Source: a virus
Length of the DNA stretch: 47,377 nucleotides
Direction: 5' to 3' (one strand)
UHGV virus genome: UHGV-0210496
Made by a program: the position numbers and the translations under genes. A model generated the notes under the pieces. It had not been told where the DNA came from and did not search any database. It was given only the letters and a program-made list of their open reading frames with translations. How positions within the stretch are numbered: the stretch's first letter is position 1; the number at the start of each line of letters is the position of its first letter. This document shows positions 17,112 through 27,000 of this stretch, piece after piece.

Positions 17112-17610
17112 AAAACAACCCACCCTTGGAGAGAGTGGGCTTAAAACAGGGTAAAAAATGTCAGGATATTAGCCCCGGTTAAGGCTATTATCATTCTACA
17201 AGGTATCTTATTTAAATTCAACAAAAATCCACCCTACTATAGTGTAGAGTGGAATTTTCGAAAGAGCAATTACAATAAAATGGATTAGTTGGTATAAATC
17301 CATGATACACTTTAGCATTTTTTATTCAAGAGATTTCTAGCAAAAATATTATCTGATTTTAGAGAGACAAGCTTTTCATTTTGTCATGAATTTACAATTA
17401 TAATATGCTGAAAAACATAGAAATATTTTAGACGATATTCTGAACAATAATATCTATTAAATAAAAATAATGATAAAATAAACAAGAAGAGTGTTAGGCA
17501 CACTTCCCCAAGTTTCCACCGCCTAACTACTCTTCATAAAGTATTGCACGCATCTACTAATTTATAGCATAAACTAAATTACTGCAAGTAAAATGAATAA
17601 GATCTATGTA

Positions 17611-17638
17611 CAAGCCCGCAGAAGCGGGCTATTTTTTA
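17611..17638. terminator. GC-rich hairpin with T6 tail at the endolysin stop (canonical in plus orientation, A-tract plus hairpin in minus orientation)
   Basis: AGCCCGC-AGAA-GCGGGCT at 17613-17630, then ATTTTTT. It overlaps the endolysin stop codon (17636-17638). Confidence 0.5.
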
Positions 17639-18424
17639 TGCTTCTGTTGCTACTTTGCGGAGATACGCAACTTGAACTGGATCTGTGTGAATCCAAGTGT
17701 CATAGCCTGCTTTTTCCATCATCGCTTGGATTTTCTTCAAATCGCCTTCTGATTTCACATGAGTAAATTTGTTTCCTGTCAAAAAGTAAACTTTCGGATC
17801 ATTTTGATTTCTAAATAGTAACATGGTTTCTCCTACTTTCTTTGGTTGAATTTGTGGTGTGTTTGCTTGTGTGTTGTTGCTTGTATTGCTGAAAACTGCG
17901 TTCTTGAATCGTTCGAATTCGCTTGGTTTCGCCACCCAAGGAGCTGGACAGTTTTTGCCTGTCACGTCAAAGTGGCGCCAAATCTTCTCTCTCGTAATAT
18001 GAGGATAAATGGCGATCAATTCTTTGACAGCCTTCACAGCATTTTGGAATGTCTTTTCCGTAATGTTTCCATTCTTGTCTAGGCACATTTCAACACCGAT
18101 CGTTGAATAGTTGGCGTTGCCTATCTTAGAATACAGCGGACGATAGCGTGAACCATCTGCATTGTATTTGCTGATTTCGTTAGCGTGATATGCAACTTCA
18201 TTCAAGGGAATGATACAGAGTGCTTCAATATCATCTATAAACAGTTGAGCAGAAGCATAGGTTCCTTTTAGATTATTAAAATAGTTCTTGTGATTGCGTG
18301 CGGTGCCACCATTGTTGGCGGTGTAGTGCATAACGATACCATCAATACCGTTATTCCTGATACCTGGTCTTGAGTACTCATTAATATTGATATACTCGTA
18401 TTTGATAAAACTCATATCAATCAT
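17636..18424 (-). CDS. Endolysin: N-acetylmuramoyl-L-alanine amidase (Amidase_2/PGRP) plus a C-terminal wall-binding domain
   Basis: ...GIDGIVMHYTANNGGTARNHKNYF... and ...AYHANE... are typical of Amidase_2. A C-terminal domain of about 70 aa follows. It is the last gene of the late operon. Confidence 0.85.
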   Translation of the reverse strand: MIDMSFIKYEYININEYSRPGIRNNGIDGIVMHYTANNGGTARNHKNYFNNLKGTYASAQLFIDDIEALCIIPLNEVAYHANEISKYNADGSRYRPLYSKIGNANYSTIGVEMCLDKNGNITEKTFQNAVKAVKELIAIYPHITREKIWRHFDVTGKNCPAPWVAKPSEFERFKNAVFSNTSNNTQANTPQIQPKKVGETMLLFRNQNDPKVYFLTGNKFTHVKSEGDLKKIQAMMEKAGYDTWIHTDPVQVAYLRKVATEA

Positions 18425-18453
18425 CCTCTCTAAAAAAAGAAGCAGCCAATCGG

Positions 18454-18960
18454 CTACTCCTTCTTTTTTGTAAATTCTTGGCCATCGCCATAGTCTGGAA
18501 CATTTTTACTATCCAGAGCTTGGGTTTCAGATTGGCCATCACCATAATCTATTTTGATTTCTGTTACTTTAGGTTTTGGATTTTCAGTACTATCTTGTAG
18601 CTTAGACAGTCTTTCTTTGACCCAATTTGGAATCGGCACACCTAATTGACCTAAATTTTCAGTGATTGAAATCCCGTAAACTGCGATATAGAAAAAGACG
18701 AATGCAGTCGCAAACGTCTCGAGATTCATAATCTTTAGGTAGGGATAAGCAACAATCACTAAGCAAACGACTAGCATATGCTTAACGATTCCAAGTAAAC
18801 CTTTTGTACTGTTGGCATCTTTAATGAACACCCCTTTGAATAATCCTGTCACAATATCCCCGACCACTACCCATAAAAACAACTGCACATATCCATTTGT
18901 CAGCAATCCTCGAAATTCATTTAGTAACACTCCATTATCAATAATCACCATATTTACCAC
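18454..18960 (-). CDS. Holin (phage_holin_4_1/TcdE-like)
   Basis: Helices LFLWVVVGDIVTGLF and LLGIVKHMLVVCLVIVAYPYL. A hydrophilic C-tail carries a duplicated DYGDGQ motif. It lies immediately upstream of the endolysin. Confidence 0.75.
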   Translation of the reverse strand: MVNMVIIDNGVLLNEFRGLLTNGYVQLFLWVVVGDIVTGLFKGVFIKDANSTKGLLGIVKHMLVVCLVIVAYPYLKIMNLETFATAFVFFYIAVYGISITENLGQLGVPIPNWVKERLSKLQDSTENPKPKVTEIKIDYGDGQSETQALDSKNVPDYGDGQEFTKKKE

Positions 18961-19066
18961 CTTTTCTATTATTTAAGAAAAATTCGATTTCCAAAAAATT
19001 TTTCATTCTAATACCAATCAATTGAACATGTGTCGCATATTTTTCAATAAATTAAAAAGCAACCTT

Positions 19067-19315
19067 CTAAGGCTGCCCTTCTACTTCTTTTAGCAAATCG
19101 TCTTCTACAGTCCAAACCTTCCCCTGAAAACTCTCAATATCACTTCTGCATTCTGTTCGATTTTGTCGATATAAATCTTGATTGACAATTGATTGATTAA
19201 TATTCGTATTTCCTGCACTATCTGTTGTAACATTTGCTGTTAGATAAATTACCTGTTGTCCATTTATTTTTGATTCTCCTGAAATATTGATAGATTTCTT
19301 CGTTTCTAATGCCAT
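19067..19315 (-). CDS. Hypothetical small protein between the tail fibre and holin
   Basis: Track ORF of 82 aa. Confidence 0.4.
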   Translation of the reverse strand: MALETKKSINISGESKINGQQVIYLTANVTTDSAGNTNINQSIVNQDLYRQNRTECRSDIESFQGKVWTVEDDLLKEVEGQP

Positions 19316-19336
19316 AATATTTTCTCCTCCTATTTT

Positions 19337-19780
19337 TTATTCGTTATCTTGGGACTCAAATTCATCCATTAAACGATCGTAAATTTGAGCTTCTTCACCG
19401 GATAACACACCGTCATATTCACTCAATATACGTTGGACTTCTGAAAGATTTTTAGCATACATGCCCCCTTCTACAATAATTTCCTCTTCAAGAAGTATTG
19501 TCTGCTCTCTATTAAAAGCAAAAACATTATCAATTTTTCGATCATTATCCGATTTCAGTTGCCCATTAGAATCGATAAGTTCGAATTTATTCATCAACGT
19601 TTTTTCCTCTTCAGAAAGTTCTAAAAGCGCCTTGTTTAATTGCTTTACAAATTTTGAACGATGCCTACTATCTTTAGGTTTTAAATTCATTCTATCTAAA
19701 AAATTGATCGCTGTTGTTATCTCTTTGTTTTTAAGTTTGATACAAATTTTGTTGTTCATTTTATTCCCCTCACGATGCAT
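19337..19780 (-). CDS. Hypothetical tail-associated protein (147 aa)
   Basis: Track ORF. The sequence looks helical (not computed). Confidence 0.5.
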   Translation of the reverse strand: MHREGNKMNNKICIKLKNKEITTAINFLDRMNLKPKDSRHRSKFVKQLNKALLELSEEEKTLMNKFELIDSNGQLKSDNDRKIDNVFAFNREQTILLEEEIIVEGGMYAKNLSEVQRILSEYDGVLSGEEAQIYDRLMDEFESQDNE

Positions 19781-22700
19781 TTCTTAATTGATTAAATTCA
19801 TTTTGCAAGTTATCTATTCTTAATGCCAACATATCAATATCTTGCGAAGTTTTTTTTGCATGCTCCTGTAATGAAGTAGCTACTAAAGTTATAAAGGAAT
19901 ATTGATCAATCCCTTGACCTTGGATTATTTTTTCGGGAGCCTCATCAAGCACAGGCCCCAATTGATGTTGCAACGTATCAATACGATCATATTCATAAAA
20001 TTTCATTTTTTGCAGAACAGACAGACTATCCTTAAGTAATACCAAATTAGTCTTTAATCTTCGTTCTGAGCTATTGGTAAATGATGCTGCATATACTCCT
20101 GACCAATCAGAATCATTTGTTTTGTGAACGTTTAAACTCGATACATACAAATCAAAGTTGTTCGCTAAGCTTATTCGCTTACCAGTTCTGAAGTTATTTA
20201 GCGTCATACTATTTCCAGAGTAGAGCAATCGTCCGTTTGCACTTGTTGAACCGATGCTGTAAAAGTCGACATACGTGCTATCCCCGGAAAGAGTTAATCC
20301 AGAGTTTCGAAAGTTTCCACTATTGCTAGAACTAGCAGCTATATTTATGCCTTCATTAAAGAAAGCTAGTGCACGTGTTCCGTAACTCGTGTTGACATTA
20401 ACTATACCGTTATAATTGAGTCGGAAACTGTTTGAGGATGTATCAAATCTTAAGTCAACACCATTTAACTGCATATTCCCAGAACCGCTAGATCCATAGA
20501 AAGTTGCAGCACGTATGTTGATTCCCGTTAACTCTCCTGTCGATATGCTACTAGCATTTAAGTTAACAATATTCACATTCGCTGCATTAAGCGTTCCAGT
20601 GGTAATCTTGGTCGCTGAAAGACTACCGATTTTGGCATCTGTGATCGCTGCATCTGCAATCTGTGCAGTGCTAACTGCGAGATTTGCTATCTGCGCTCTA
20701 CCGATAACACCGTCTTCAATATATGTCTGGCCAGTAATTTGGACTTTGTTACCTGCAATCAACACGCCATCTGTCGAGATATTGATTTGATTGATTACAT
20801 CATTTTTAGATACTTTCAAATTGATAGTATCTGACAACTGGGTTATTTGAGACGCAGTTGCTTCTCGATCGGTCACATCAACAATAGATATGTCATCCCA
20901 CCAAACAGTTCCCACTGTATGAGAAGCAGTTAGCGTAATACTCCACTCAAATATATTGGTCCCTGCAGTGTATATTTGTGATTTCTGACTCCATTCTGTT
21001 GATGCCCCATCCCAACCTAGAGCGTTAATTAACGTTCCGTTAGCTTGTCCTATTCTAAGCTTCTGGTTACCAGAAACACCATTTGCATCCGCCGTTGTCT
21101 TATACCAATAACTAACTTCATATTTTCGCCCGGGAACTACTGGAACATTGAGTCTTCTTCCAATCGCTCTTCCCGCAGAACCAGTATTGCTCACAGCTAA
21201 GGACTTAGAACCTGAATGAGAATCATTTGTTGTAATTGTGAACCCCGTAGGTTGTGTCCACCCAACGTAGTCATTCTCAAAACCTCCATTTGATACTAGA
21301 TTTGTTCCTCCGCCATCGATTCGGTTAACAGTTGATACTAAGCCATCAGCCGTTTGCTCAACCTGAGTTGCTTTCGTCAAAGCAGTATTAGCTGTTGTCT
21401 CAACACTTGATATTGTTGTTTTCAAGCCATTCGCAGTTGTTTCGACTTGCGTTGCTTTAGTAAGAGCAGAGTCTGCTGTTGTTTTCGTACTAGCTATTAA
21501 CTGTGTGTGTCCGTCAACTGTTTCTGAGACCTGATTTACTTTTGTAATGGTTTCAGTATTACTAGCTAGAGAACCTCTTTCAACTCCATATTGTATGGCA
21601 TTATATGGCGGCAATTCCGTTATAAAAGGTTGTGTAGCCATGTATTCAATTGTTCCTGCGCCCGCTTTGCTAAATGGTGTCATCCTGAATGCGGTATAGG
21701 TTTGAGACCACTTCATGTAATACCAAACTTCACTAAGAGACTCGCTCGTGGTTACTTCTATAGCTACCAGATCACTAGCTGTAACTAAAGAGGTATCAGA
21801 TATAGATATCTCGAACAAACTGTTTTGTCCCATAGCTGCCTGTTGCTTATGGTTCAAATATATACGGCCAAGAGTAGTCTTGGAATTCCCTGCTCCTGAT
21901 CCAATAAAATCAATACCCACCCGAACATCTTGATACCGAACAGTAAGTTTAGTTTTTGCGATAAGAGTCCATTTTTTTATATTTACATCCGCACTCGAAG
22001 AGGTAGCATAGCTTTGATCAGTAATTTTTGTTGACAATTCCGTTTGTACACTAGATATAGTTCTCGTAAACCCATCAACGGTTGATTCCAAAACGTTCGC
22101 TTTACTCAAAGCGCTGTTTGCTGTTGACGTCACAGTTGCTATTGTTTGTTTTTGGCCATCGACCGTGACGGCTAACTCATTCAGTTTTTTAGTGGTACTT
22201 GTGGCAGTCGATTCAACATCTGTGATCCTTCCAGTTAAACCATTCACTGAGGTTTCAAGCGTTGCTGTTCTACCTTCGACAGCATTCGCCTTATTATAAG
22301 CATCGTTAGCTTTACTACTAATAGAACTAACTGTACCATTGATCGTAGTAACATCGGAAACAAGACCATTAACATCAATTCTTATTGCATCGGCTTTGGA
22401 CTGGGCGGATTTCGCATCTAATTTTGCTTGTTCAGCGACTTCTTTGGCTTGTTCGCCTGCTTGTTTTGCTTCTTCTATAGCTTCTGCGAGTTCAGGGTCA
22501 CCGGCTGATGTGATTTCCATTACCCATTTTAGATTTCCATCAACATTTCGATACACCCAAATTTCAGTGTCCTGTCCATTTGGCTTAAACCAAATGTCAC
22601 CTTCTTTAGGATTGGTTGGTTCGGTTTGATCATAATAGTTTGAGTTCCACTTATTAGCACTTAGAATTGAGTCTAAGTAATCAACTCGTTGACTTAATGG

Positions 22701-23717
22701 TCCTCTGTATTTATAAGTAGCTTGAGAACTTGAATTCGTTGTAGCTTTTGACTCGGCAGTCAAACCTCCATTGAACGTCATACTATATGAAAGATTTGGC
22801 ACCGAGTATCGTTTTCCGTCTTTATCTTCTACATAAAACCAATCTCCAGCTTCTAACGGTGGACACCCTCGCCATTTTAATTCATACGGAAAATAGTTGA
22901 TGTCTTTAACAAGATTCCACATAATGTCTAACAAAGATTGGGTCATCACTTTGTTCTCAAGAATTACTTGCGAACCATTTAGTGAACCCACTCGAATTAC
23001 ATCCGTTTCTTCTTCACCTGTTTTAACAGAAATACCACCAATTCTATAGCTCACTTCATTTTTAGTGAAGCCTTTTAAAAGATAGCTTTCCGGAGTCACC
23101 TCAAATGAAGTAGGTGCAAGTCTTCTTATTTCAAGTTCACCATCTCTATTAAAACTTGCGAATCCTCCTTCAAATTGAGCAATCAACCCAATTGCTTGCC
23201 GATAGGTGTAACCTTCAGGTTCGGCTATAGAGGAAATTCCTAACGATGAAAATGATGCTTGATTTACCTCAACACCCGAAAGATTTGCTATTTCTAAAGC
23301 AACTTCCCTATAAGGTTTTGGATAGGTTAGGTTAGATTCAAAAACACTCTCCATGTACATCATTTTATCGTTAGCAGTTATTGTTGTTTTGTTGCTATTT
23401 CTATCTCGATCGAATTCAGATACGTAGAAATGCCCTAGCTTGGTATATTGATAATCCCCTTCCAGTAATATTGCTAATTCGGGAATTACTTCTATATCTT
23501 CTTTTATACTTTCAATAATTGAAGGAAAAACTATTTTTACAGAGTTCATATATGTGGAACCAATCTGATACGTTTCACCAGATATGCTTCCTGAATCAAA
23601 AGACAATGAGGTAATATCCTCACTGCCATAAGTAGTACCATTAATGTTTACACGAATAGACATTTGCCTTGAGGGCTTCAACCATGCGGCTTTAATTTCG
23701 TCACTAGTTACTAACAC
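19770..23717 (-). CDS. Tail fibre / tail-associated receptor-binding protein (1315 aa) with C-terminal intramolecular-chaperone (peptidase S74-like) domain
   Basis: N-terminal tail-tip-like domain, a central coiled coil (AEAIEEAKQAGEQAKEVAEQAKLDAKSAQSKADA), tandem repeats of about 37 aa (..TANSALSKA..VDG..TISSV..) and a beta-rich lectin-like region. The C-terminal ...SDWSGVYAASFTNSSERRLKTNLVLLKDSLSVLQKMKFYEYDR... resembles endosialidase-type auto-cleaving chaperone domains. Confidence 0.8.
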   Translation of the reverse strand: MLVTSDEIKAAWLKPSRQMSIRVNINGTTYGSEDITSLSFDSGSISGETYQIGSTYMNSVKIVFPSIIESIKEDIEVIPELAILLEGDYQYTKLGHFYVSEFDRDRNSNKTTITANDKMMYMESVFESNLTYPKPYREVALEIANLSGVEVNQASFSSLGISSIAEPEGYTYRQAIGLIAQFEGGFASFNRDGELEIRRLAPTSFEVTPESYLLKGFTKNEVSYRIGGISVKTGEEETDVIRVGSLNGSQVILENKVMTQSLLDIMWNLVKDINYFPYELKWRGCPPLEAGDWFYVEDKDGKRYSVPNLSYSMTFNGGLTAESKATTNSSSQATYKYRGPLSQRVDYLDSILSANKWNSNYYDQTEPTNPKEGDIWFKPNGQDTEIWVYRNVDGNLKWVMEITSAGDPELAEAIEEAKQAGEQAKEVAEQAKLDAKSAQSKADAIRIDVNGLVSDVTTINGTVSSISSKANDAYNKANAVEGRTATLETSVNGLTGRITDVESTATSTTKKLNELAVTVDGQKQTIATVTSTANSALSKANVLESTVDGFTRTISSVQTELSTKITDQSYATSSSADVNIKKWTLIAKTKLTVRYQDVRVGIDFIGSGAGNSKTTLGRIYLNHKQQAAMGQNSLFEISISDTSLVTASDLVAIEVTTSESLSEVWYYMKWSQTYTAFRMTPFSKAGAGTIEYMATQPFITELPPYNAIQYGVERGSLASNTETITKVNQVSETVDGHTQLIASTKTTADSALTKATQVETTANGLKTTISSVETTANTALTKATQVEQTADGLVSTVNRIDGGGTNLVSNGGFENDYVGWTQPTGFTITTNDSHSGSKSLAVSNTGSAGRAIGRRLNVPVVPGRKYEVSYWYKTTADANGVSGNQKLRIGQANGTLINALGWDGASTEWSQKSQIYTAGTNIFEWSITLTASHTVGTVWWDDISIVDVTDREATASQITQLSDTINLKVSKNDVINQINISTDGVLIAGNKVQITGQTYIEDGVIGRAQIANLAVSTAQIADAAITDAKIGSLSATKITTGTLNAANVNIVNLNASSISTGELTGINIRAATFYGSSGSGNMQLNGVDLRFDTSSNSFRLNYNGIVNVNTSYGTRALAFFNEGINIAASSSNSGNFRNSGLTLSGDSTYVDFYSIGSTSANGRLLYSGNSMTLNNFRTGKRISLANNFDLYVSSLNVHKTNDSDWSGVYAASFTNSSERRLKTNLVLLKDSLSVLQKMKFYEYDRIDTLQHQLGPVLDEAPEKIIQGQGIDQYSFITLVATSLQEHAKKTSQDIDMLALRIDNLQNEFNQLRNAS

Positions 23718-23728
23718 ATTTACCTCAC

Positions 23729-24085
23729 CTACCTTTCAATAAAACTCATTGTTAATCCTTCCCATTTAGGCAATTTGTCATGCCAGGAATATGCTGGGGA
23801 GGATCGATCACCCACGTAAAAAGTTTTCGTGACAATACCGCCTTCCATAGGATCTGGATAAGTTACTTCAAAGAAAACAGGCATCACCGCTTTTAAAATT
23901 GGCGAAATTTCTGCGTCAGTCAGTGGTCCCCACTCAAGGTCCATCTTTCTCTTTGTTGTAATATAGTCGCGCACCATGTCTCCTTTAGCATTACGACCAG
24001 AGTCGCCATCAACTCCTTGAATTCCAGCTGTAAACTTTTTAGGAGTTTTGATCGTAACTCCGTTTATTTTTAAATATCCAGCCAT
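23729..24085 (-). CDS. Small tail protein (118 aa; Dit-position, atypically short)
   Basis: Position between the tape measure and the tail fibre. Confidence 0.45.
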   Translation of the reverse strand: MAGYLKINGVTIKTPKKFTAGIQGVDGDSGRNAKGDMVRDYITTKRKMDLEWGPLTDAEISPILKAVMPVFFEVTYPDPMEGGIVTKTFYVGDRSSPAYSWHDKLPKWEGLTMSFIER

Positions 24086-24098
24086 CAGATCAATCCTC

Positions 24099-27000
24099 CT
24101 AAATGTTTAATTCGGTATACCCGAGTTGTTGGTGGTACTTGTTAATTTCTTTAACAGCGATACGACCAAATTCTTTGCCGCCAATATTAATGATAATATC
24201 TCCATTTGGCGCCTGTGTTGGCGTTGCACCCATGGCAGAAATGGCATTCATTAATGTTGTTACCATAGATGATGTAAAGTCTTTCATGCCACCACCTTCA
24301 TAGTTCATTTGGTTATTGTTACTAAACGTACTATTCGACGGTGAGAATGTTGGTGTTTGGAACATTTCTGGCAACATTATGCTTGAGTTGAACATATCAA
24401 GTCCAAGATACTCAACAGCTTGTTGGATTAATTCAGCAGCCCGTTGAGGTTTCTCAAGCGGAATGACCATCTCTTTCTTATTACCTTCACCCATTCGATA
24501 TAGCCCATCTTGAGAAACTAAGCCGCCATTCTCATATCCAACACCTCGATAAGCTGCTGCCAGTGATCCGTACCGACTTAATGCATATCTCATAGAAGCC
24601 AAAATATTCGACATAGGATCCCAAATATTCTTGTTGTACGGGCTTCTTGCATAGGCTCTAAATGTTGGATCAATGACCTGCATCAATCCTTTAGAAGGTG
24701 TGCCATTTTTGGCATTGATATCCCAATTGTTGATAGCGTTAGGGTTACCGTTTGATTCAGTCTTCATTTGGTAAAGCGTGCGATTTGCATTGACTAGTGA
24801 GTAAATACCTAGTTTGTTCAATGCGCTATTGACAGTCGATCGCCATCTTTCTACTGATGAACCATACTGACCAGCAACTGCTGCACCTCCAGATGCACCA
24901 AACGAAGCATTCTTGTCTATGTCACTTGCTCCGAGTGAGCCGTTGATATGCAAATGGTCGTAGTGGTCATTCTGCGGCCATCTTACCCAACTTCCACTTG
25001 ATCCAGTACCGGACATTCCTTTTCGGTCTCGAACTTTACCTTGAGTGATTACATAAGCTACTTTTGAAGCAAAGTTATCAAACACCCAATTCGCTGGAGC
25101 AAAGTATTTCGAAGATCCGTTCATACTTGCTGGATACGCAACGTCAATTGCTTGATGCTTTCCGTGCGAATGTGGGTCACCTGGTCTAAACCCAGAAGTG
25201 ATTCTCATGCCAGGATATCGATCAACGGTTTTTCTAGCGATATCATATAGGTATTTGTATACACCCCAATTTCCCGTTGATCCATCAAACGAACTATTTT
25301 GTGCTTCATATCCTGCGTCGAACTTCGATTTAAACCATTCATAGGAGCCTTCTGCAATCGTACCAACGGAACCTTTCGCCATTGATAGAGCTGGTTCAAC
25401 AGCACCTTTCAAGTTAACGAATTTGGAAATTGCTGCATTCAAAAGCTTCTTAGGATTTGATGCATAAGACCAAATATCCGATGCAATTTCTTTTGCGCCG
25501 TCCCATTTCTCTTTTAACCATTCACCTACGCCATTTGCATAGGCTGGTACACCATACATTGCGGCAGTCTTCGGACCACTCAAGACCGATGTTCCTTTTG
25601 GAAGGTTAACCATCAGATTTCTTTGCGCTGGAAAGATACCAGTACGTCCATCAGGTGTCCGATAAGCTTCTTGATAATTAGATCCTAATCCATCATTTAC
25701 TAAAGCAGGTCCGCCCGGATGATAGCCGGTACCTTTAGCATAAGTAGGAATGGTCCATTTCTTCAGAGCACTATCTCCTGCCCCGACTTTGCTTAATACC
25801 CAGTTGATACCGCTGATAACACCATTGACACCTTTTCCGATAACGCCGACCATGCCATTGAAAATTTTTCCTGCGCCTTCTTTAACTTTCTTAGCACCAT
25901 CTCCAAGACCTTTACCGATTTTTTCACCTAATCCCGTAGCCCAACCAGTTATTTTTTCAAAAGCTTCTGAGGCATTCGTTTTCATAGTATCAAATGATCC
26001 GCCCATGCTTGTTTTCAAGTTAGAGATTGCAGTGCTAGCTTTTTCTCTGGCAGATTCAGCCGATGTCGAAACTTTGTCTCGGATTTCATTCCATCTCTCT
26101 ACAGTATTACTTTTAACATTATTCCATCGATCAGAAACATTATTCCTAAGTTCTTGCAGACGATTTGATGCATTATCCTTAGCAGTTCTTGCTTTGTTTG
26201 ATACATCTGTAGTAAAAGTGTCCCAAGTTTCTTTGGTATTTTTTTTGATGTCACTCCATCTACTACTCACACTGTTCCAGATATCAGAAGCTTTTTCAGT
26301 AACAGTTTTCTTAGCATTGTTCCAAGTATCGCTTGTCCACTTTTGAACATTCCCCCATGTATCAGAAACGAAAGTCATAATACTACCGAACTTTTCATCT
26401 ATGACATCTTTCAATTCACCAATTGCTTTTTTAGGATTCTTAACTGCATTTGCAACTTTTTCCAACACGCCGGCAAGGAATTCAAGTCCTTTAGTCAATG
26501 CATCTAATTGTGTAAGGATCAAAAATTTAGCTACCTGAGATAAGGGAACAATAACCACATCCCAGAACCATTTAAAAATTGGTTTAAACATCTCAATCAC
26601 TTGATTTAAAACTTCCAATGCTGCTGAGAACATATCAAAGTATTTAGGCACATAATCTTCAATGAAAAAGCTTGCCAATGGTAACAAAACATTCTTGTAT
26701 AACCACTCAAGCCCATCACCAACATTTTTCAAGATAGGCCGAATTGATTTGAATAATCCATCTATCGCTTTAAGTAATGGCGTGAAATCAAGGTTTTTTG
26801 CCCACTCTTCAGTGGCTTTTGTCATGCTGTTGATGTTGCCTAACAAATCATCTACTGCATCGAGGATTGTTCCGAAGATTGATTCTCCAACTTTTCCTTC
26901 TTTCCACGCCTTTTTAAGCTGTTCCGCAATATTGCCAATTGTGTTGAAGATATTCGTATAGATTTCAAGGATGTTGGCAGCTATACTTTCTCCACGGCCA

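Noticed and set aside
18454-18960. Duplicated DYGDGQ motif in the holin C-tail
   Set aside because: A short two-copy peptide repeat in a hydrophilic tail, with no evident independent function.
25750-26346. 198-aa plus-strand ORF inside the tape measure gene. Similar antisense ORFs occur elsewhere: 33556..34383 antisense to the scaffold, 4001..4366, 5712..6062, 7109..7468 and 20515..20790.
   Set aside because: They are antisense to long, well-supported phage genes and have low-complexity Pro/Ser/Leu-rich translations typical of antisense reading of biased coding DNA.
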